Below, piece by piece: positions 58,592 to 64,000 of a DNA stretch of 64,000 nt. The position numbers and the translations under genes are program-made. The notes beneath the pieces are model-generated. The model did not search any database, was not told the DNA's origin, and saw only the letters and a list, made by a program, of their open reading frames with translations. The stretch is taken from positions 257,008-321,007 of the forward strand of contig JAVLKG010000003.1 of the NCBI GenBank assembly GCA_032128875.1, given 5' to 3'. The stretch comes from Candidatus Melainabacteria bacterium 17Bon1m (GTDB lineage Bacteria; Cyanobacteriota; Vampirovibrionia; Obscuribacterales; Obscuribacteraceae). Position 1 is the stretch's first letter. Each line of letters begins with the position of its first letter.

Positions 58592-60104
58592 CCTCCAGCA
58601 TCACCTTTCTGTCGCGCTTGAGCGCTTCTGTGAGATCCAGCCCGGTCAGTCCTTTTACAAGGTGCACACTCTGTGCTGCCATATTGAGGATGTCCGAACT
58701 GATTTTGCTTGCGCCCGTCGAATCTCCGCCTGTCGATACAACTGTCATGTTGCCAATCTTGGAGAGCGGGGCCGAAGCGGCGGCTACGATGTCCGGCAAT
58801 CTTTCAATCATCATGCTGGACAGAGCAGCGTCATTGTATTGCTTAAAGGCTTCAGCTTTCTTGAGCATTGCTTCAGCTTCGGCTTGCCCCTTGGCGGCGA
58901 TGACCGTTGCTGCTGCAAGACCATGTGAGCGTTCGGCTTCTGCCTGGGCAAGACCAATTGCTTTGGTTGCTTCGGCTTCGGCGATGGCTTTCAATCTGGT
59001 AGCTTCCGCTTGACCGGCAGCCTGAAGTTTGGCTGTGGTTGCATCGGCTTCCGCCATCATTTTGCGCTTTTCCAGTTCGGCTTGAGCTAACAGGCGAACG
59101 CGAGTTTGCTCGGCTTCTGCTGGTTTTGTGATTTCGGTTTCCAACGAAATCTGGCGCTTTTGCACTTCAACTTGTTGCAGTTCGACTTCTTTCTGCGCTT
59201 CAACGATTTTGATCTTCTGGGTTTCTTCGATCAGCTTTTGTTGTGTTTGCGCTTTAACGATTTCGTACTGCATGTCTGATTGCGCTTTGGTGGTCGCAAT
59301 TTCTTGTTGATACTTCGCTTGTGCAAGTTGGAAGTTTTTCGATGCTTCGGCGACTTTCGTGTCGGCGATCAACTTCGCTTTGGCACCTTCTTCAGCAGCT
59401 TGTGCTTGGGCGATTGTTGAGTCTCTCGACGCTGCTGCCTGGGCAATCGTTGTTTCTTTGCTGGCGTTGGCTACACCGATGTCGGCTTCGCGTTTGGCTT
59501 CAGCTGTACGTTTGCGACCAAGGGCTTCCAAGTATCCGACATTGTCTCTCAACTCTTTCAATGTGAAAGAAACAACCGTCAGACCCATTTTTGCCAAGTC
59601 GGCGAGAGATACTTCTTGAACTTTTTGAGCGAACGAGTCGAAGCTTTGAATCAGCTCTTCAACTTCCATGGTGCCCAAGATTGCGCGCAGGTGACCTACG
59701 AGAGTTTCGTGGGCAATCTGCGAAATTTCAGTGTCGTCTTTATCAAGGAATTGTTCTGCGGCGGTGGCAATCGATGCCGGGTCGCCTTTCACTTTTACTT
59801 GTGCAACACCATCAACGAATACCGGTACACCGTTCTTCGTGATGATCGGGGCAAGAGACTTGATTTCGATCGTCATGACCTCAAGGCTCAAGAATGCTCG
59901 TTGTTGAATTACTGGGAAGACTGTTGTACCGCCACCGACGACGATTTTGAACTTTCTGTCGTCTTCGTTGGACAACATACCTGAAATGATCATTGCCTGG
60001 TTGGGTCCGCACTTTTGATAAAAGCTGGAAACCATCCAAACAAAAAAGGCGAGGCCGATGACTACCGCACCTACTATGCCGGCTACACCCATCTCAATAC
60101 CCAT
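58563..60104 (-). CDS. Flotillin-like SPFH domain protein
   Basis: N-terminal TM, PNQAMIISG, TKNGVP, AAEQFL, GHLRAILGTM, DLAKMG, EA-rich coiled coil. Confidence 0.95.
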   Translation of the reverse strand: MGIEMGVAGIVGAVVIGLAFFVWMVSSFYQKCGPNQAMIISGMLSNEDDRKFKIVVGGGTTVFPVIQQRAFLSLEVMTIEIKSLAPIITKNGVPVFVDGVAQVKVKGDPASIATAAEQFLDKDDTEISQIAHETLVGHLRAILGTMEVEELIQSFDSFAQKVQEVSLADLAKMGLTVVSFTLKELRDNVGYLEALGRKRTAEAKREADIGVANASKETTIAQAAASRDSTIAQAQAAEEGAKAKLIADTKVAEASKNFQLAQAKYQQEIATTKAQSDMQYEIVKAQTQQKLIEETQKIKIVEAQKEVELQQVEVQKRQISLETEITKPAEAEQTRVRLLAQAELEKRKMMAEADATTAKLQAAGQAEATRLKAIAEAEATKAIGLAQAEAERSHGLAAATVIAAKGQAEAEAMLKKAEAFKQYNDAALSSMMIERLPDIVAAASAPLSKIGNMTVVSTGGDSTGASKISSDILNMAAQSVHLVKGLTGLDLTEALKRDRKVMLEDGNKPKVNN

Positions 60105-60286
60105 GTGTTTTCTCCTTGTTTGTGCCGCTTATTTTTTATTAGCAGCCATACTCGAATATTGCCCCTACGGTGCCCCTTCTAACTAAATAAAACCTGAAAT
60201 AGTGATGGCGCATGTGGTGGCACGGCGAAAGCAAAATTTTATATTTGCGTAAGACGATGCACCACTCGGCATGCTGTAGCTCTTAA

Positions 60287-61042
60287 TCAAATCGTAAGCT
60301 CCTGCCATGGATCGACAAAAACTACCCCGTCGCGAACATCGGAGATTAAAACTTTGGCGCCGCGCTTATATTCGTTTTCGGCAGCGCTCGACTTGGCGGG
60401 CATGTTGTAGCGTTTTGAGCCCAAGACGTAAGTGATTTCTCCGGTTCTTCCTGGCTGAATCGATACGCAAACCTCCGCGGCATGACCGATGCATTCTTCT
60501 ACTCGAGACGTCGTGGATACATGGGACTGCCGCACAAACCAGCGCAGCATGAACATCGTCACGTTGCGCATCAACAAACCTACGGCAATGGCAGGCACCA
60601 AACTCAGTGCCCCGAGTTTAAAAATTGCCATGCCCGTAATTCCGAAAAAGGCGAGAAAAATCGCCATAGACGCCGGGCTTACCCACGACATTACTCTTAG
60701 AAGAACTGGTGTACGGGCACGACCTTGGTCCAGATTCGTGACCTTCGACATTTCCTTCAGTTGCGTGGCGGGGTCGTCTCCATGCCCATGTCCGGTGTCA
60801 TGTCCGACTTCGTGTCCGGCATGCGAGTGCCCAATCTGGGCGTGAGCCCCAGTATCATGACCGTGTCCCAGCAAATGATGTGCGCCTGTTTCATGACCGT
60901 CGAAAGCGCCATGATCACCATGTTCGCCACCAGCATCGTGTCCGATGTGCCCGGAGACCATGCTGAAAATCATGTATCCGAAGCCCAGCACAGAGCTGAC
61001 AACGTAAAGAGTTCCGAATGTGCCTAATGATTCCACTGGCAA
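60287..61042 (-). CDS. NfeD/YuaF-like membrane protein with His/Gly-rich loop
   Basis: TM helix, His-rich loop, SP..AIFLAFFG, C-terminal OB-like IGHAAEV..GRTGEI...PAK. Confidence 0.8.
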   Translation of the reverse strand: MPVESLGTFGTLYVVSSVLGFGYMIFSMVSGHIGHDAGGEHGDHGAFDGHETGAHHLLGHGHDTGAHAQIGHSHAGHEVGHDTGHGHGDDPATQLKEMSKVTNLDQGRARTPVLLRVMSWVSPASMAIFLAFFGITGMAIFKLGALSLVPAIAVGLLMRNVTMFMLRWFVRQSHVSTTSRVEECIGHAAEVCVSIQPGRTGEITYVLGSKRYNMPAKSSAAENEYKRGAKVLISDVRDGVVFVDPWQELTI

Positions 61043-61223
61043 AACTCGCAGTTTTGAAGGCTATTGGTTTTGAAAAGCTATGAGATTCCTATTACCGAAA
61101 TTCCCGCTAAGTGGCATCGGTAAACCGGAAAACCATTAAGAGAAGTGGAATTTTGGTGTACTCGAAGTCTTACATTGTGCCTTCAACACTCTGGAATTAT
61201 TGATGTGGAGAGCCTTTTCGCCG

Positions 61224-62015
61224 TTAAGCTTCGCTCGTTTCTGCCGACTGGCAGTCCATAACGATGAAGACACCTTCCTTTATATCGGTCACCCAGACTT
61301 TCTGTCCGCGGACGAAATTAGCGCCGATAACTTCAGCTCTTGCGGGCGCATTGAAGCGTTTCCCGCCTATTTCATAGAAAACTTCACCCGTGCGTCCATC
61401 CGAAACCGGCAGACATATCGTCGCTTCCCCGCCAATTGCCGCTTCTGTGCTGACTGCTGTGGAAACCGTGGAGATCTCGCTGAATTTTTCCAGCAGGTTG
61501 AAAAACACCTTTCGAGCGATCAAACCCACCACAATCGCGCACGGCAGGGAGAGAATCTTGGGAACGCTGTCCAGTTGCAGACAAAGAAAACCGAACATAC
61601 CACCCATGGAAAACATGATGGCGACTGACGTCGGGTTGAAGTAGTCGACCATGACGGGCCAAACGTGATGTGTGTGAAAGTGCGGCAGGTGCATGTGGGC
61701 GGAGTGTTCGATTTTTGAAAGGACTGTTTTGCCGTGTCCCGTTCCGCCGTGTCCCCCAGCGTTTCCAGTGTTCGTGCCAGGCTGTGCAGCGTGATTGCTA
61801 CCGTGCTGTCCGGCTCCATGCCCGGCGCTGTGTCCCGAACTGTGCCCGGCTCCATGCCCCGAGCCATGCCCGGAGGCATCTCCGGAGCCGTGGATCGAGC
61901 GTTGCCCGTGATGTTTGTGCGTCAGCAAGCCCGAACCCATTGCTACGCATAGATACGCGGTGCCCAAAACCCCCGCAGCGCCGTAAATCAAGCTCAAAAT
62001 TTGGATGTTATCCAT
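61224..62015 (-). CDS. Second NfeD/YuaF-like membrane protein with GxGH repeats
   Basis: SGHGSGHGAGHSSGHSAGHGAG; NPTSVAIM; IGGEATI..GRTGEV...PAR. Confidence 0.8.
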   Translation of the reverse strand: MDNIQILSLIYGAAGVLGTAYLCVAMGSGLLTHKHHGQRSIHGSGDASGHGSGHGAGHSSGHSAGHGAGQHGSNHAAQPGTNTGNAGGHGGTGHGKTVLSKIEHSAHMHLPHFHTHHVWPVMVDYFNPTSVAIMFSMGGMFGFLCLQLDSVPKILSLPCAIVVGLIARKVFFNLLEKFSEISTVSTAVSTEAAIGGEATICLPVSDGRTGEVFYEIGGKRFNAPARAEVIGANFVRGQKVWVTDIKEGVFIVMDCQSAETSEA

Positions 62016-62119
62016 AAGTTATGCTTTGCCCAAAATGGGTCATTTTTCTTTGAAATAGGCCGATAATGGAATCGGGCGAGTGACAATCTCAAGTGTTCAA
62101 CCACACACGGCAGGTCAGT

Positions 62120-64000
62120 TTGGAAGTAGTTGTAACTCACAACAGCATGGACTTTGATTCACTTGGTTCGCAGCTCGCTGTCACCAAGTTGTTTCCTGCT
62201 GCCCGTATGGTGCTTGGCACGCCACTCTTCGGCAATGTGCGCAACTTCTTAGCGCTCTATCGCAGCAGCCTGCCTATTGTGCAAATGAAGTATGTCGACT
62301 GCAAGAAAGTGACTCGAATGTATGTCGTCGATTGCCAAAATGCAGAACGTCTGGATGCCGGTTGCCGCGAGCTGCTTACTGTCCCGGGTAAGCAAATTCC
62401 CTATCTTGTGTTTGACCATCACGGCGTCGATCCCGCGGGGCTTGCTGAAGGCGCGGAAGCAGGTTCGATAGTGGAACCTGTAGGTGCGGCCACGACTTTG
62501 CTTGTTGAATTGATCAAAAAACAACGCATTAAGCTGACTGCTTTCGAAGCCACCGTGATGGCTCTGGGTATCTACGAAGACACAGGCTGCTTGACTTATA
62601 AGGGTACGACTGAGCGTGACTGTTTGGCGGTCGCGTATCTGCTCAAATGTGGCGCGGACCTCCATCACGTTAATGAATACATTCATCCGAAGCTAAGCGA
62701 CGAACATTCACAGCTTTTGCAAGAAATGGTGAAGACGTGTACCACGACCACTCTTGAAGGTGTGCGCATCGTTGTCGCGACTGCCCGCATCAATGATTTT
62801 CTACCTGAGCTGGCTGGTTTGACGCGGAAACTCATGGAGATCGAATCAGCCGGAGCCGCCTTTACTGCTGTTTATATGCGCGATCGCGTTCATCTTGTCG
62901 GACGAAGCGACGCAGCGTCTGTTGATGTGCGACCGGTTGTAAGGCTTTTCGGTGGTGATGGACATCATGGAGCAGGCTCGGCGGTTATTAAGACGGAAGA
63001 TCTTGAGTCAGTCGCATCGAGCATCCGCAGCTGTCTTGAGTCAAATGTGAGCCCCGAGAAGACAGCAGCGGAAATTATGACTTCGCCTGTCAGGACCGTT
63101 CCGCCGACGGTTTCTATGGATGAAGCCAGTCGCATCATGATCCGCTACGGGCAGGATGGCTTGGTTGTGACCGATGAGGGCAAGGTTGTCGGCGTGGTTT
63201 CGCGTCGCGATATCGATCAAGCCACGCACCACAGGCTCGGGCACGCGCCGGTTAACGGTTTTATGAGTCGACCTGTTATGACTATTCAGCCGCGAACTCC
63301 CCTGAGTAAAATCCAAGAGCTGATGGTCAAAGAGGATATTGGCCGCTTGCCGGTGCTCGATGAAGACGGGAAGCTGGTCGGGCTTGTGTCGCGAATCGAT
63401 GTGCTCAGAATTCTTTATGGACCAAAAGCAAGCAGCAAGTCGGGCGGGCTCGCTTCTGACGATGTTGACTGGTCGGCTCCAGGTTCTTCCAAGCGAGCTA
63501 CAGTTGCTGCGGACCTCGGCAGCAAAGTGCGTACGACGACGGCATCGACGCAGTGGCTCTGCGAATTGATTGGCGAAACGGCTGCACGGCTCGGCATGAC
63601 CGGGTATCTTGTCGGAGGCTGTGTGCGGGATTTGCTGTTGGAGAAGGAGAACTTCGACCTTGATTTCGTGATTGAAGGTTCTGCAATAGAGTTGGGAGAT
63701 CAGCTCCAAAATACTTATCCTGGGCGCCTCAAGGTCGTCGCGCGGCACGAGCGGTTTCAAACTGCAACGCTCGAATTTTATTGCGAGGACAAGCGCGAGG
63801 TTGATTTGTCGACTGCGCGTACTGAGTTTTACGAGTATCCTGCGGCCTTGCCCACGGTTGAGCCTTCCCGCTTGGAGCAGGATCTTTTGCGTCGCGACTT
63901 CACGATAAATGCGCTGGCAGTTTGTCTAAACCCCGGTAGGTTCGGTCAACTAGTCGATTATTTCGGAGGCATGCAAGACATAAAGGATCGTGTGCTTCGA
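62120..64000 (+). CDS. DHH-DHHA1-CBS-CBS tRNA nucleotidyltransferase (A-adding type), truncated by the window end
   Basis: Manual translation: THNSMDFD, DHH, GIYEDTG, GGDGH, two CBS domains, GYLVGGCVRDLLL, DLDFV, TARTEFY, DLLRRDFTINALA. Absent from the ORF track; GTG 62093 is an alternative start. Confidence 0.92.
   Translation, partial: MEVVVTHNSMDFDSLGSQLAVTKLFPAARMVLGTPLFGNVRNFLALYRSSLPIVQMKYVDCKKVTRMYVVDCQNAERLDAGCRELLTVPGKQIPYLVFDHHGVDPAGLAEGAEAGSIVEPVGAATTLLVELIKKQRIKLTAFEATVMALGIYEDTGCLTYKGTTERDCLAVAYLLKCGADLHHVNEYIHPKLSDEHSQLLQEMVKTCTTTTLEGVRIVVATARINDFLPELAGLTRKLMEIESAGAAFTAVYMRDRVHLVGRSDAASVDVRPVVRLFGGDGHHGAGSAVIKTEDLESVASSIRSCLESNVSPEKTAAEIMTSPVRTVPPTVSMDEASRIMIRYGQDGLVVTDEGKVVGVVSRRDIDQATHHRLGHAPVNGFMSRPVMTIQPRTPLSKIQELMVKEDIGRLPVLDEDGKLVGLVSRIDVLRILYGPKASSKSGGLASDDVDWSAPGSSKRATVAADLGSKVRTTTASTQWLCELIGETAARLGMTGYLVGGCVRDLLLEKENFDLDFVIEGSAIELGDQLQNTYPGRLKVVARHERFQTATLEFYCEDKREVDLSTARTEFYEYPAALPTVEPSRLEQDLLRRDFTINALAVCLNPGRFGQLVDYFGGMQDIKDRVLR

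Noticed and set aside
62249..63760. Minus-strand ORFs of 145 and 239 aa
   Set aside because: Antisense shadows of the plus-strand nucleotidyltransferase CDS.

Overview
Gene-dense, roughly 50% GC bacterial chromosome segment. I found no transposase, integrase, prophage, CRISPR array, rRNA or tRNA. A cyanobacterial-type ClpC N-domain, a DHH-CBS-CBS A-adding-type tRNA nucleotidyltransferase, many TPR/WG-repeat proteins and sparse HIP1 suggest a non-photosynthetic Cyanobacteriota relative such as Vampirovibrionia/Obscuribacterales (inference). Housekeeping blocks: molybdenum cofactor operon (moaD-moaE-moaA-moaC/mogA-moeA), threonine operon (hom-thrC-thrB-aspartokinase), tetrapyrrole genes (hemA-hemC-hemD, hemB), 5-oxoprolinase, corA, pcm, rlpA and SRP RNA (ffs). 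The ORF track misses ffs and two edge-truncated CDSs. Most interesting: (1) several apparently catalytically dead signalling proteins around an orphan Flp pilin (GGDEF with dead A-site but intact RxxD I-site, Cache/PAS pseudo-histidine kinase, stand-alone MshEN-like protein just downstream of ffs); (2) an operon of two His-rich NfeD-like proteins, flotillin, a NadR-like AAA_28 NTPase and a BtuF-like binding protein running toward hemA; (3) a membrane-anchored tandem Clp-N protein with no ATPase; (4) a MocR regulator lacking the PLP lysine, divergent from the moa operon; (5) a nested aspartokinase beta-subunit start; (6) GTAG-type REP-like repeats; (7) operator palindromes over clear sigma70 promoters; (8) an orphan structured RNA candidate near 49.6 kb. 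All calls come from motif recognition by eye; no searches were run.
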